A DNA stretch of 63,842 nt, the filler included, from Coriobacteriales bacterium (GTDB lineage: Bacteria; Actinomycetota; Coriobacteriia; Coriobacteriales; UBA8131): the NCBI GenBank assembly GCA_031263105.1. It is 8 parts of 8 records of this genome, joined end to end, with 100 filler letters (N's around TTAATTAATTAA, not from the genome) between each part and the next. Parts side by side here need not be neighbours in the genome. Positions count along the whole stretch, not along the records: positions 40,734 to 46,009 come from JAISGJ010000104.1; positions 46,110 to 60,240 come from JAISGJ010000125.1; 6 more parts are not named here. One strand, given 5' to 3'. Positions 40,974 through 51,477 of the stretch are shown piece after piece. Position 1 is the first letter of the stretch; each line of letters begins with the position of its first letter. The notes beneath the pieces are model-generated. The model had not been told where the DNA came from, did no database searches, and was given only the letters and a program-made list of their open reading frames with translations. Made by a program: the position numbers and the translations under genes.

Positions 40974-42902
40974 ATGGCAAAGAGCACGATGACGTGGCAG
41001 GACCTGTTGGATTCCTTCGCAAAGCGGCAGGAGCCGGGGGAGCAGAAGTGGGCGAGCCCTCCCAAGGAGCAGGCGGAGCGGCTGAGGAGGCTCTCGAAGC
41101 GGCTGCTGATCATATTCCTCATCGCGCTCGTCCCCATAATCGCGCTGGCGTACTGGTGGTTCCATCCGGCCATCAACGTCCACAGCGTCGACACCTGGTC
41201 CTTCGTCACCGTCTTCATCCTGCTGCCGCTGTTCCTGTTCTTCCGCTTCCGCTCGGGCTCGGCGAAGCGCGGCACGCCCAAACGGGAGGCCTCCCCTTCC
41301 AAGGCGAAGCTCTGGAAGCGCATCTCCTACCTGCCGGTCGCCGTCCTCGCCGCAGCACTCGTCGGCGGGATACTCTCCTCGGTCATCTTCCCGGGAAACG
41401 CGGAGCGTTACGCGGCCGTGCTCGACATCCAGAACCGAGACTTCACTGAGAGCATCAGCGAGGTGAACTACGAGGAGATACCCGTCATAGACCGCAACTC
41501 GGCCGCGCTGCTCGGCAACAGGGTCATGGGGGAGATACCGGAGTACGTGAGCCAGTTCGAGATCTCCGAGATATACAGCCAGATCAACTACCGGAGCAAG
41601 CCGGTGCGCGTGAGCCCCATCGGCTACGCCGACTTCTTCAAGTGGTTCAACAACCGCACCGAGGGCATCCCGGCCTACGTGCTCATCGACATGACCACCC
41701 AGAACCCCGAGATCGTGAGGCTGACCGAGCCCATCCTCTACTCGGAGTCCGAGCCCTTCGGGCGCAACATCGACCGGCACGTCCAGCTCAGCTATCCCTT
41801 CTACATGTTCGACCAGAAGTCCTTCGAGATCGACGAGGAGGGCAGGCCCTGGTGGGTCTTCCCGGTGCAGACGCGCACCATAGGGCTCTTCGGCGGCACG
41901 GACATCAGGCGCGCCGTGCTCTGCGACGCGACGAACGGCGAGTGCACCGACCTGGCCATCGAGGAGGTCCCGAGCTGGGTGGACCGCGTCTTCCCGGCGG
42001 AGCTGCTCATCGAGCAGTACAACTGGCACGGCGCCTACGACAGCGGCTGGCTCAACTCGTGGATCGGCCAGGCGGGCGTGGTCCATACCACGCCGGGGAC
42101 CGACGGGCGCCAGGGCTACAACTACATCGCCAAGGACGACGACGTCTGGGTCTACTCGGGCGTCACCTCGGCGACCACAGACAACTCGATAGTCGGATTC
42201 CTGCTGGTCAACCAGCGCACCAAGGAGTCGCACTTCTACGCCATCGCCGGCGCGACCGAGGACTCGGCGATGAACTCGGCCGAGGGGCAGGTGCAGGACC
42301 TCCGCTACCAGGCGACCTTCCCGCTCCTTTTGAACATCAGCGGCCAGCCGACCTACTTCATGGCGCTGAAGGACAGCGTGGGACTCGTGAAGATGTACGC
42401 CATGCTCGACATCCAGCACTTCCAGACCGTCGCCGTCGGCGACACGGTGGCGAGCTGCGAGCAGTCCTACAAGAACATGCTCGTGAAAAACGGCACCGAG
42501 CTGCCGGGCGAGCAGCCGGCGGCGAGCGCAGAGGCGAGCGGCACCGTCGAGCGCATCGCCACCGCCGTCATCGAGGGCAACTCGCACGTCTACCTGACGC
42601 TCGAGGACGACGAGCGCATCTACGACTGTGAGCTGCCGGGCCTGCTCGACGTGCTCGCCGTGGACGTGGGCGACACCGTGACCCTCACCTACCGCGAGGG
42701 CAGCCCCGCCTGCCCCGTCGAGGCCCTGACGGCAAAGGCCGCCGCTGGCTCTGGGGGCGGGGGCGCTGCCAAGGACACCGGGAACAACGACGTTGCCTCC
42801 GGCTCAGGCAATGCTGCCAGCAGCAGCACCCCAGACGCTGGAGGCGATGCCTCCGCCCCCGCCGACAGCGCCGCCTCCGGGAGCGAGAACGCATCCAGCT
42901 AA
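40974..42902 (+). CDS. Conserved membrane protein with large soluble domain, function unknown
   Basis: AAGGAG SD; three N-terminal TM segments; strong high-GC3 codon bias. Confidence 0.85.
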   Translation: MAKSTMTWQDLLDSFAKRQEPGEQKWASPPKEQAERLRRLSKRLLIIFLIALVPIIALAYWWFHPAINVHSVDTWSFVTVFILLPLFLFFRFRSGSAKRGTPKREASPSKAKLWKRISYLPVAVLAAALVGGILSSVIFPGNAERYAAVLDIQNRDFTESISEVNYEEIPVIDRNSAALLGNRVMGEIPEYVSQFEISEIYSQINYRSKPVRVSPIGYADFFKWFNNRTEGIPAYVLIDMTTQNPEIVRLTEPILYSESEPFGRNIDRHVQLSYPFYMFDQKSFEIDEEGRPWWVFPVQTRTIGLFGGTDIRRAVLCDATNGECTDLAIEEVPSWVDRVFPAELLIEQYNWHGAYDSGWLNSWIGQAGVVHTTPGTDGRQGYNYIAKDDDVWVYSGVTSATTDNSIVGFLLVNQRTKESHFYAIAGATEDSAMNSAEGQVQDLRYQATFPLLLNISGQPTYFMALKDSVGLVKMYAMLDIQHFQTVAVGDTVASCEQSYKNMLVKNGTELPGEQPAASAEASGTVERIATAVIEGNSHVYLTLEDDERIYDCELPGLLDVLAVDVGDTVTLTYREGSPACPVEALTAKAAAGSGGGGAAKDTGNNDVASGSGNAASSSTPDAGGDASAPADSAASGSENASS

Positions 42903-42954
42903 CAAAGCGTCGGCCCGTCACCGACCGCCCCTCAGTCGCATAGTATGAGCCACC

Positions 42955-43136
42955 CGCACTCTCAGCCCAGGATGCTGAATTCCTCGGCCTAACCCTCTGC
43001 GGGGAATGCCTCCCCCGGACGGCTCCCTAGACTTCCTTCCGTAACAGAAACGGCCCGCTCCCCCGCCCCGGCTCCCTGACAGGCCGGGCTGCGGGAGCGA
43101 CGGCACGGTTCCCGGACGGAACGGGAGAGGAGTCCT
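42955..43136 (+). promoter_or_regulatory. Candidate Moco/Tuco riboswitch-like leader
   Basis: -10 TAGTAT at 42941; CACTCTCAGCC, CCTAA, GAAAC stem, TCCCG..GGGAGAGGAG. Confidence 0.4.
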
Positions 43137-45779
43137 ATGGGCGAACAGAGCGCGGCCCCCATCCAAGGCGCGGCCCCCATTCAAGATACAGCCCCTATCC
43201 AAGGCACCCAAGGCACGGCCCCTGTCCAGGCGTTGTCGGACATCTACGGGGGCATGCTCCCCGAGCGCACCGACGTCCTCGCGGACACGCGGCCGGTCCA
43301 GTGGGAGGAGGACGGCTGCACCGTCATACGAGGCCACGCACGGTCGGCGCCGGGCTGCCACAACGCCTGCGGGGTCCTGCAGTACGTGAAGGACGGAAGG
43401 CTCGTCAAGGTCGAGGGCGACCCCGAGAACCCCTACAACCAAGGGCGCCTGTGCAGCCGCTGCCTCGCGATGTGCGACGTGGTCTACCATGAGGAGCGCC
43501 TGATGCACCCTATGAAGCGGGCCCGCTCAGACCGTGGGAGGGACGCCTTCGAGCGCATCGGCTGGGACGAGGCCTACGACCTCATCGAGCGGGAGTTCAA
43601 GCGCATCTCGGCCGAGCACGGCCCGGAGGCCATCATGATGTGCCAAGGCACCGGCCGCGACATCCACCAGGTCACGCGCCTCAACGCCTGCCTGGGCAGC
43701 CCCAACGAGGGGGTCCCCTACTTCGCCGGCAACTCCTGCTACCTGCCGCGCATCGCGTCCATGGCCTGCATGCTCGGGGACGCGGCGGTCATGGACTGCT
43801 CGCAGTTCCTTCCGCTGCGCTACGACGACCCGCGCTACGTGGTGCCCGAGCTCTGCATCGTCTGGGGCCACAACCCCTTCTACTCCAACGCCGACGGCTT
43901 CTTCGGCCACTGGTTCACCGACCTCATGCAGCGCGGCATGAAGGTGGCCGTCATCGACCCGCAGCTCACCTGGCTGGCCGCCCGCGCCGGAGAGATGTGG
44001 CTGCGCGTGCGTCCCGGCGGCGACGGGGCCCTGGCGATGGCCATGCTCAAGATCGTCATCGAGGAGGACCTCTACGACCACGAGTTCTGCGACAGCTGGG
44101 TCTACGGCCTGGAGCAGGTTGCGGAGCGCTGCGGGGAGTACGACCTTCAGGAGCTGGCCGAGAGGTCCTGGGTCCCCCTGGAGGACATCCGCCGCCTCGC
44201 GCGCCTCTACGCCGCGTCCAAGCCGGCCGCCATCCAGTGGGGCGTGGCCCTCGACCAGCAGACCGGCGGCCAGCAGGCAGCCCACGCCGTGGTGGCGCTC
44301 TGGACCATCACGGGCAACCTCGACGTGCCCGGCGGCAACGTCATCGGCAGGCCCTGCTGGGGGATATCGCAGCCCAACTGGACGGGCACCTGGGGCTACG
44401 ACGAGCTGCTCGCCCCTGCGGAGGAGCCCGGCAAGCGCATGGGCGCCGACCGCTACCCGCTGTTCGGCGTCGGCTTCAAGAACCTCAGCTCCAACGCGAC
44501 CTTCGAGTCGTGGGAGCACGTCCCCGGCTCCGACGACGGCCTGTACGGGCCCTACCAGTTCAAGGCCGCCTACTTCGTCACGAACAACTTCACAGCCTGC
44601 ATGGGCGCACAGACCAAGATGCAGATGGAGCGCTGGTACCGCGAGAAGCTGGAGTTCATCGTCTGGTCCGACCTCTTCATGAACCCCTCGATGTTCGCGC
44701 TGGCGGACGTGGTGCTGCCCGTCACGACCTGGGCCGAGCGCATCGGCTTCGGCGGCCTCAACCCCTACTCCATAAGCTGCATCAACCAGTCCATCGAGCC
44801 TTTGGGCGACACGAGGCCCGACCAGACCATCTTCCTGGAACTGGGCAAGCGCATCACCCGCGAGGGCGTCGTCCCCGGCACCGTCATAGCCGGCGAGGAC
44901 GACAGGCCGGCGCCGAAGGTCCCCCGGTCGAGCATCGCACGCGGCACGCCTCTCCCCGGTGTGGATTGGGAGAAGGTCGGGCGGCTCGAGGAGCAGTACG
45001 GCATCGAGGTCGACGTCTCGCGCGGCCTGCGCTACCGGGACATCGCCTTCCCGTGGGAGACGGTCGAGCATATGTGGGACTACGCGCTGCAACAGGGCGG
45101 CTTCACGTGGAGGGAGCTCCAGCAGTCGGTCTGGAAGATGCCGGAGTTCACGTACCGCAAGTACGAGACCGGCGACCTGCGCGACGACGGGGGCCTGGGA
45201 TTCGCGACCCCCACGGGACGCGCCGAGATATACTCCATGGTGTTCCAGTACGCCGGCGGCGGCCTCGATCCGCTGCCCGCCTACGTCGAGCCCATCGAGA
45301 GCCCCTACTCGGATCCCGAGCTGGCACGTGAGTACCCGCTCGTCCTCACCACCGGCGCGCGCGTGCCGCACTTCTTCCACAGCGAGCACCGCCAGATAAA
45401 GAAGCTGCGCGCCCTGCATCCCGACCCTCTCGTCTACCTCCACCCCGAGACCGCCGCGCGCTACGGCATCGAGGAGGGCGAGTGGATATGGATATGGAAC
45501 AACCACGGCAAGTGCTGTTACAAGACCAGCTTCAACAGCACCTACGACCCGCGTGTGCTCCAATGCGAGCATGCCTGGTGGTTCCCCGAGCGCGGCCACG
45601 GCGACGACAAGGCGGATCCCGCAGGCCCCTTCGGCGTGTTCGAGTCCAACTGCAACAACCTCGTCCCGCTGCCGGCCGGCGTCTCGGGCTTCGGCGCGAA
45701 CTACAAGGCCATGGTCTGCCAGATCGGCAAGGAGGAGCCTGCGGTGTCCAATGTCCCCGATGTCCCCCAGGTGAGATAG
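43137..45779 (+). CDS. bis-MGD molybdopterin oxidoreductase (catechol dehydroxylase/acetylene hydratase-like clade), no Tat signal
   Basis: SAPGCHNAC..GRLC, CYLPR, WGHNP, RPGGD, FFHSEHRQ, EHAWW. Confidence 0.9.
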   Translation: MGEQSAAPIQGAAPIQDTAPIQGTQGTAPVQALSDIYGGMLPERTDVLADTRPVQWEEDGCTVIRGHARSAPGCHNACGVLQYVKDGRLVKVEGDPENPYNQGRLCSRCLAMCDVVYHEERLMHPMKRARSDRGRDAFERIGWDEAYDLIEREFKRISAEHGPEAIMMCQGTGRDIHQVTRLNACLGSPNEGVPYFAGNSCYLPRIASMACMLGDAAVMDCSQFLPLRYDDPRYVVPELCIVWGHNPFYSNADGFFGHWFTDLMQRGMKVAVIDPQLTWLAARAGEMWLRVRPGGDGALAMAMLKIVIEEDLYDHEFCDSWVYGLEQVAERCGEYDLQELAERSWVPLEDIRRLARLYAASKPAAIQWGVALDQQTGGQQAAHAVVALWTITGNLDVPGGNVIGRPCWGISQPNWTGTWGYDELLAPAEEPGKRMGADRYPLFGVGFKNLSSNATFESWEHVPGSDDGLYGPYQFKAAYFVTNNFTACMGAQTKMQMERWYREKLEFIVWSDLFMNPSMFALADVVLPVTTWAERIGFGGLNPYSISCINQSIEPLGDTRPDQTIFLELGKRITREGVVPGTVIAGEDDRPAPKVPRSSIARGTPLPGVDWEKVGRLEEQYGIEVDVSRGLRYRDIAFPWETVEHMWDYALQQGGFTWRELQQSVWKMPEFTYRKYETGDLRDDGGLGFATPTGRAEIYSMVFQYAGGGLDPLPAYVEPIESPYSDPELAREYPLVLTTGARVPHFFHSEHRQIKKLRALHPDPLVYLHPETAARYGIEEGEWIWIWNNHGKCCYKTSFNSTYDPRVLQCEHAWWFPERGHGDDKADPAGPFGVFESNCNNLVPLPAGVSGFGANYKAMVCQIGKEEPAVSNVPDVPQVR

Positions 45780-45787
45780 CCGTGTGC

Positions 45788-46009
45788 ACACCCTACGGTC
45801 ATCCCGAGCCTGCCGAGGGATCCTCGACCGCGCACGCGGTCGACCGCAGGTCGAAGAACCCCTCGACCTGCCGTTGGCCGCTTCGCGGCCAAGGATCCCT
45901 CGGCTGCGGGGCTTCGCCCCTCCGCTCCTGCCGTTGGCCGCTTCGCGGCCAAAGATCCCTCGGCTGCGGGGCTTCGCCCCGGAGCCTGCCCTGAGCGCAG
46001 CCGAAGGGC
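45788..46009. mobile_element. Variant MITE copy with duplicated 60-bp internal module (contig end)
   Basis: GTCATCCCGAGCCTGCCGAGGGATCCTCGACCGC; repeated CTGCCGTTGGCCGCTTCGCGGCCAA..CGGGGCTTCGCCCC. Confidence 0.75.
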
Positions 46010-46126
46010 NNNNNNNNNNNNNNNNNNNNNNNNNNNNNNNNNNNNNNNNNNNNTTAATTAATTAANNNNNNNNNNNNNNNNNNNNNNNNNNNNNNNNNNN
46101 NNNNNNNNNCTGCGACGTCCTTTGAA

Positions 46127-46289
46127 GTTACACGTCACACCCCACTGTCATTCCGAGCCTGTCGAGGAATCCTCGACCGCGCCAGCGGTCGACCGCAGGT
46201 CGAAGGATCCCCCGACCTGCCGTTGGACACTGCGTGTCCAAAGATTCCTCGGCGGAGCTCGGAATGACAGTGGGGGTGTGACGTGTAGC
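46127..46289. mobile_element. Complete MITE with 8-bp TSD CCTTTGAA
   Basis: CCTTTGAA at 46119-46126 and 46290-46297; ends GTTAC/GTAGC. Confidence 0.92.
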
Positions 46290-46326
46290 CCTTTGAAGCC
46301 TATGGACACACCCGGGGGCGTGGCAT

Positions 46327-46355
46327 TTGACAGCCCTGCGTTCCGATGGTAGTAT
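46327..46355 (+). promoter_or_regulatory. Sigma70-type promoter of str operon
   Basis: TTGACA-17bp-TAGTAT with extended TG. Confidence 0.75.
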
Positions 46356-46453
46356 TCCACTTCGCGGCTCTTCGGGCCGTGGTGTCTTTGTGTGTGCGCG
46401 ACCTTCGGCCGCCTGCACATAAGCACTGGTAAGCAGTCAGAAGGAGAGCCGTT

Positions 46454-46825
46454 TTGCCTACCATCAACCAGCTGATCCGCAAGGGCCGCAAGCAGCAGGT
46501 CGACAAGAAGAAGACCCCTGCGCTCAAGGGCAACCCCCAGAAGCGCGGCGTTTGCACCCGCGTGTACACCACCACCCCCAAGAAGCCCAACTCGGCCCTG
46601 CGCAAGGTGACCCGCGTCCGTCTCGTCAACGGCATGGAGGTCACGGCATACATCCCCGGCATCGGCCACAACCTGCAGGAGCACTCGATGGTGCTCATCC
46701 GTGGCGGCCGCGTGAAGGACCTGCCCGGCGTGCGTTACAAGGTCATCCGGGCGGCGCTGGACTGCGCTGCGGTCAACGACCGCAAGCAGGCCCGTTCGCG
46801 GTATGGCGCCAAGAAGCCCAAGTAG
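46454..46825 (+). CDS. rpsL: 30S protein S12
   Basis: [23 protein letters not shown] start. Confidence 0.99.
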   Translation: MPTINQLIRKGRKQQVDKKKTPALKGNPQKRGVCTRVYTTTPKKPNSALRKVTRVRLVNGMEVTAYIPGIGHNLQEHSMVLIRGGRVKDLPGVRYKVIRAALDCAAVNDRKQARSRYGAKKPK

Positions 46826-46928
46826 ACAGTAGTCGGACGTCGCAGGCCCCGGCGCTTCGTCGGCGGCCTGGCCCGTCGCCTGCCCTCGGGGCGGCGGGGA
46901 CCATGAGAGGAACGTGAAGGAGAGACCT

Positions 46929-47399
46929 ATGCCGCGTCGAGCAGCAGCTGTCCGCCGGGAGATAAGCCCGGACGCCGTGTACAACAACCGTCTGGTGACC
47001 CAGCTCATCAACAAGATATTGCTGGACGGCAAGAAGTCCGTGGCCGAGTCCATCGTCTACGGCGCCTTCGGCATCGTCGAGGAGAAGAGCGGCAAGGACT
47101 CCCTTTCGGTGTTCAAGCAGGCGATGGACAACGTGCGTCCCACGCTCGAGGTCAAGCCCAAGCGTGTCGGCGGCGCCACCTACCAGGTGCCGATGGAGGT
47201 CAACTCCCGTCGTTCCACCACTCTTGCGATCCGCTGGCTTGTGGACTTCTCGCGCAAGCGCAGGGAGAAGACCATGGCGGAGCGTCTGTCAGCAGAGATA
47301 CTCGATGCCTCCAACGGGGTCGGAGCCTCGGTCAAGAAACGCGAGGACATATTCAAGATGGCCGAGGCGAACCGGGCCTTCAGCCATTACCGCTGGTAG
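46929..47399 (+). CDS. rpsG: 30S protein S7
   Basis: [22 protein letters not shown]. Confidence 0.99.
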   Translation: MPRRAAAVRREISPDAVYNNRLVTQLINKILLDGKKSVAESIVYGAFGIVEEKSGKDSLSVFKQAMDNVRPTLEVKPKRVGGATYQVPMEVNSRRSTTLAIRWLVDFSRKRREKTMAERLSAEILDASNGVGASVKKREDIFKMAEANRAFSHYRW

Positions 47400-47420
47400 G
47401 ATTCGAGGGCAGCACGGAGC

Positions 47421-49508
47421 ATGGCAAAGACACCCCTCAAGGACACGCGCAACATCGGCATCATGGCCCACATCGATGCGGGCAAGACCACGACCACGGA
47501 GCGCATCCTTTATTACACGGGAAAGACCCATAAGATAGGCGAGGTCCATGACGGTGCCGCCACCATGGACTGGATGACGCAGGAGCAGGAGCGCGGCATC
47601 ACCATCACCTCGGCTGCCACCACCTGCTTTTGGCGCGACCATCGCATCCAGATAATCGACACGCCCGGCCATGTGGACTTCACCGCCGAGGTCGAGCGCT
47701 CGCTGCGTGTGCTCGACGGCACGGTCGCCGTCTTCTGCGCGGTCGGCGGCGTGCAGCCGCAGTCGGAGACCGTCTGGCGTCAGGCGCGCCGCTACAACGT
47801 CCCGCGCATGGCCTTCGTCAACAAGATGGACCGCGTCGGGGCGGACTACTTCTCCGTCATCGACCAGATGAAGGACAGGCTCGAGACCCGCACGGCCGTC
47901 CTGCAGCTCCCCATCGGAAGCGAGGACCGCTTCTTCGGGCTCGTCGACCTCGTCACGATGACCGCCTGGCACTTCAACGAGGACGACAAGGGCATCATCT
48001 ACCCCGAGGAGACCGCCATACCCGACGGCTACCAGGAGAGGGCCGCGCAGTACCACGAGCAGCTGGCCGAGGTCGCCGCCGAGTTCGACGACGACCTTAT
48101 GATGAAGGTGCTCGAGGGCGAGCCCTACACCTCCGACGAGGTGAAGGCCGCCATTCGCAAAGGCACGCTTGCCTGCGAGATCACCCCCGTCATCTGCGGG
48201 GCGTCCTTCAAGAACAAGGGCATCCAGCAGCTGCTCGATGCCATCATCGACTTCCTCCCCTCGCCGCTCGACATCCCCGCCATCAAGGGCATCGACGTCA
48301 AGACCGATATCGAGGTCGAGCGCCACGCAGACCCCAAGGAGCCGTTCTCGGCGCTGGCCTTCAAGGTCATGACCGACCCCTACGTGGGGAAGCTCACCTA
48401 CTTCCGCGTCTATTCCGGCTCGCTCGACGCAGGGAGCTACGTGCTCAACGCCACAAAGGACAAGAAGGAGCGCATCGGGCGCCTGTTGGAGATGCACTCC
48501 AACTCCCGCGAGGACGTCGAGAGCGTCTCGGCGGGCGACATCTGTGCCGCCGTGGGGCTGAAGGACACCTCGACGGGAGACACGCTCTGCGCGGAGGCGC
48601 GGCCCGTCATCCTCGAGTCCATGGTCTTCCCCGACCCCGTCATCGACATCGCCATCGAGCCGAAGACGAAGGCGGAGCAGGACAAGCTCGGCATCGCCCT
48701 CCAGAAGCTCGCCGAGGAGGACCCGACCTTCAGGGTCGCCACCAACCAGGAGACGGGACAGACCGTCATCGCCGGCATGGGCGAGCTGCACCTCGAGATC
48801 ATCGTGGATCGCCTGCTGCGCGAGTTCAAGGTCGAGGCGAACGTCGGCAGGCCCCAAGTCGCCTATCGCGAGACGGCGGGCAACCCCGTCATGGGCGCCG
48901 AGGGCCGTTTCGTGCGCCAGTCCGGCGGCCGTGGCCAGTACGGCCATGTCCTCATCAACCTGTACCCCCAGGAGCCGGGCGCAGGCTACGCCTTCGAGAA
49001 CAAGATCGTCGGAGGCGTCGTCCCCAAGGAGTACATCACCCCTGTCGACCGGGGGATACAGGAGGCCCTCACCTCGGGGGTCGTGGCCGGCTTCCCCGTT
49101 GTCGATGTGCGCATCGAGCTCGTCGACGGCTCCTATCACGAAGTGGACTCCTCGGAGGCCGCCTTCAAGATCGCCGGCTCCATGGCCGTGAAGGACGCCC
49201 TCAGGAAGTCGAAGCCGGTGCTGCTCGAACCGATGATGGACGTCGAGGTCGAGACGCCGGAGGACTACCTCGGCGACGTCATGGGCAACCTCTCCGCGCG
49301 TCGAGGCCAGATACAGGGCATCGACGACCGGGGCGGCGTCAAGGTCGTAAGGGCGGTCGTCCCCCTCTCCGAGATGTTCGGATACGCGACCGACCTGCGT
49401 TCTTCCACGCAGGGACGCGCCGACTACACCATGCAGTTCAACTCCTACGAGCCCGTTCCGAAGAGCATTGCCGAAGAGATCGTCTCTAAAGCTGGAGGTA
49501 ACGCCTAA
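47421..49508 (+). CDS. fusA: Elongation factor G
   Basis: [23 protein letters not shown]. Confidence 0.99.
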   Translation: MAKTPLKDTRNIGIMAHIDAGKTTTTERILYYTGKTHKIGEVHDGAATMDWMTQEQERGITITSAATTCFWRDHRIQIIDTPGHVDFTAEVERSLRVLDGTVAVFCAVGGVQPQSETVWRQARRYNVPRMAFVNKMDRVGADYFSVIDQMKDRLETRTAVLQLPIGSEDRFFGLVDLVTMTAWHFNEDDKGIIYPEETAIPDGYQERAAQYHEQLAEVAAEFDDDLMMKVLEGEPYTSDEVKAAIRKGTLACEITPVICGASFKNKGIQQLLDAIIDFLPSPLDIPAIKGIDVKTDIEVERHADPKEPFSALAFKVMTDPYVGKLTYFRVYSGSLDAGSYVLNATKDKKERIGRLLEMHSNSREDVESVSAGDICAAVGLKDTSTGDTLCAEARPVILESMVFPDPVIDIAIEPKTKAEQDKLGIALQKLAEEDPTFRVATNQETGQTVIAGMGELHLEIIVDRLLREFKVEANVGRPQVAYRETAGNPVMGAEGRFVRQSGGRGQYGHVLINLYPQEPGAGYAFENKIVGGVVPKEYITPVDRGIQEALTSGVVAGFPVVDVRIELVDGSYHEVDSSEAAFKIAGSMAVKDALRKSKPVLLEPMMDVEVETPEDYLGDVMGNLSARRGQIQGIDDRGGVKVVRAVVPLSEMFGYATDLRSSTQGRADYTMQFNSYEPVPKSIAEEIVSKAGGNA

Positions 49509-49819
49509 TGGCAAGAAATCAGAAGATCAGGATCCGTCTCAAGGGCTACGACCACGAGATCGTGGACCAGTCCACCAAGCTCATCGTCGATACCGCGCAG
49601 AAGACGGGCGCACGGGTGTCGGGCCCTATCCCGCTGCCGACCGAGCGCAACCTGTACTGCGTCATCCGGTCGCCGCACAAGGACAAGGACAGCCGCGAGC
49701 AGTTCGAGATGCGCACCCACAAGCGTCTGATCGACATCCTTGAGCCGACCCCCAACACGGTCGATTCGCTTATGCGCCTCGACCTTCCGGCCGGCGTCGA
49801 CATCGAGATAAAGTTGTAG
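49508..49819 (+). CDS. rpsJ: 30S protein S10
   Basis: [19 protein letters not shown]. Confidence 0.99.
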   Translation: MARNQKIRIRLKGYDHEIVDQSTKLIVDTAQKTGARVSGPIPLPTERNLYCVIRSPHKDKDSREQFEMRTHKRLIDILEPTPNTVDSLMRLDLPAGVDIEIKL

Positions 49820-49826
49820 GGAGGCA

Positions 49827-50459
49827 GTGAGCGCGATGTGCAATACGATCCTTGGCCGAAAACTGGGAATGACCCAGGTCTGGTCGAACGACGACCGGCT
49901 CATCCCCGTGACGGTCATCCAGGCGGGTCCCTGCGTCGTCACCCAGATCAAGACCGCCGAGAAAGAGGGCTATGAGGCCATCCAGATCGGCTTCGACCCC
50001 ATCACGAAGCAGAAGAAGGTCAACAAGCCCATGGCCGGCCACTTCGGGAAGAGCGGCGCGGGGCCGACGAAGGTGCTGCGCGAGGTGAAGGTCCCAAGTG
50101 CCGCCGACTTCGAGCTGGGGCAGGAGATAACCGTCGAGCGCTTCGCCGAGGCCAAGACCGTCGACGTGAGCGGCGTCTCCAAGGGCAAGGGCTTCGCGGG
50201 CGTCATCAAGCGCCACAACTTCGGCGGCGGCCCCGGCGGCCACGGTGCGCACTTCCACCGTGCGCCCGGCTCCGTCGGCCAGTGCGCCACGCCCTCGCGG
50301 GTGTTCAAGGGCCTGCGCCTTCCCGGCCATATGGGGACGGACAAGGTCACCGTGAAGAACCTCGAGGTCGTCAAGGTCGATAGCGAGCAGAACCTGCTCT
50401 TGGTCAAAGGTGCCGTCCCCGGCGGCAAGGGCGCGCTCCTCAGCGTCCGCACCGCGTAG
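49827..50459 (+). CDS. rplC: 50S protein L3
   Basis: KLGMTQ, GKGFAG. Confidence 0.98.
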   Translation: MSAMCNTILGRKLGMTQVWSNDDRLIPVTVIQAGPCVVTQIKTAEKEGYEAIQIGFDPITKQKKVNKPMAGHFGKSGAGPTKVLREVKVPSAADFELGQEITVERFAEAKTVDVSGVSKGKGFAGVIKRHNFGGGPGGHGAHFHRAPGSVGQCATPSRVFKGLRLPGHMGTDKVTVKNLEVVKVDSEQNLLLVKGAVPGGKGALLSVRTA

Positions 50460-50476
50460 AGGATAAGGAGCGTTCC

Positions 50477-51106
50477 ATGGCATCGAAACCCATCGAGGTA
50501 AAGAACTCCAAAGGGGAGAAAATCGGCACCGCCAAGCTCGACGAGGCGGTGTTCGGGGTCGCCCCCCACATCCATCTCCTCCATGAGGTCTGTCGGGCGC
50601 ACAGGGCGGCCCTTCGGGCGGGCACCCACGACACGAAGACCCGCAGCCAGGTCTCCGGCGGCGGCAGGAAGCCGTTTCGCCAAAAGGGCACCGGCCGCGC
50701 CCGCCAGGGCACCATCCGTGCGCCGCACTACAAGGGCGGCGGCGTGGTCTTCGGCCCGCATCCGCGCAGCTATGCCTTCAAGGTCAACGCCAAGGAGGTC
50801 AAGATCGCGCTGCGCTCCGCGCTCAGCGCCAAGCGTGCCGAGGGCGCGCTTCACGTGGTCGAGGCCTTCGACTTCGAGAAGCCTTCCACCAAAGAGGCGC
50901 TCAAGGCCCTTGAGGCGCTCGGCATCGAGGGGCGCGTCACCTTGGTGCTCACCGAGGCGGATGCGAACGCCTTCCTCTCCTTCCGCAACATCCCCCGCGT
51001 CCTTGTGAGGGACGTCACCGAAGCGAACACCTATGACTTCATCGACAACAAGGCGCTGGTGTTCACCAAGGCGGCACTCAAGCGCATCGAGGAGGTGCTG
51101 AAGTAA
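50477..51106 (+). CDS. rplD: 50S protein L4
   Basis: QKGTGRARQG. Confidence 0.98.
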   Translation: MASKPIEVKNSKGEKIGTAKLDEAVFGVAPHIHLLHEVCRAHRAALRAGTHDTKTRSQVSGGGRKPFRQKGTGRARQGTIRAPHYKGGGVVFGPHPRSYAFKVNAKEVKIALRSALSAKRAEGALHVVEAFDFEKPSTKEALKALEALGIEGRVTLVLTEADANAFLSFRNIPRVLVRDVTEANTYDFIDNKALVFTKAALKRIEEVLK

Positions 51107-51390
51107 TGCAGGATCCCCATCAGGTCATCATCCGCCCCATCATCACCGAGCGGAGCTTCGACCTCATAAACGACAACCGCTACACCTTCGAGGTCGCCAA
51201 GCAGGCGAACAAGGTCGAGATCGGCCAGGCCGTCGAGAGCGTGTTCGGGGTGAAGGTGCTGAGGGTCAACACCCTCAGCGTCAGCGGGAAGCCCAAGCGC
51301 GTGCGCTATGCCAAAGGCTACACCCGCTCGTGGAAGAAGGCCATCGTCACCCTTGCCGAGGGCGACACGATCGAGGCGTTCGGCGTCTAG
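51106..51390 (+). CDS. rplW: 50S protein L23
   Basis: PIITE, WKKAIVTL. Confidence 0.98.
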   Translation: MQDPHQVIIRPIITERSFDLINDNRYTFEVAKQANKVEIGQAVESVFGVKVLRVNTLSVSGKPKRVRYAKGYTRSWKKAIVTLAEGDTIEAFGV

Positions 51391-51477
51391 CCGCATCCGC
51401 CCGGCAGCAGGGGTGCCGTCCGTTCCGGCAAGGGACACGCACGGTACCGTGGTAGAGAGACAGAGGAAACAGAGGCT

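Noticed and set aside
47289..49514. Long antisense ORFs (also 2751-4826, 35484-37841, 43527-45791, 17241-19559)
   Set aside because: Shadow ORFs arising from the high-GC codon bias of real genes on the opposite strand or frame.
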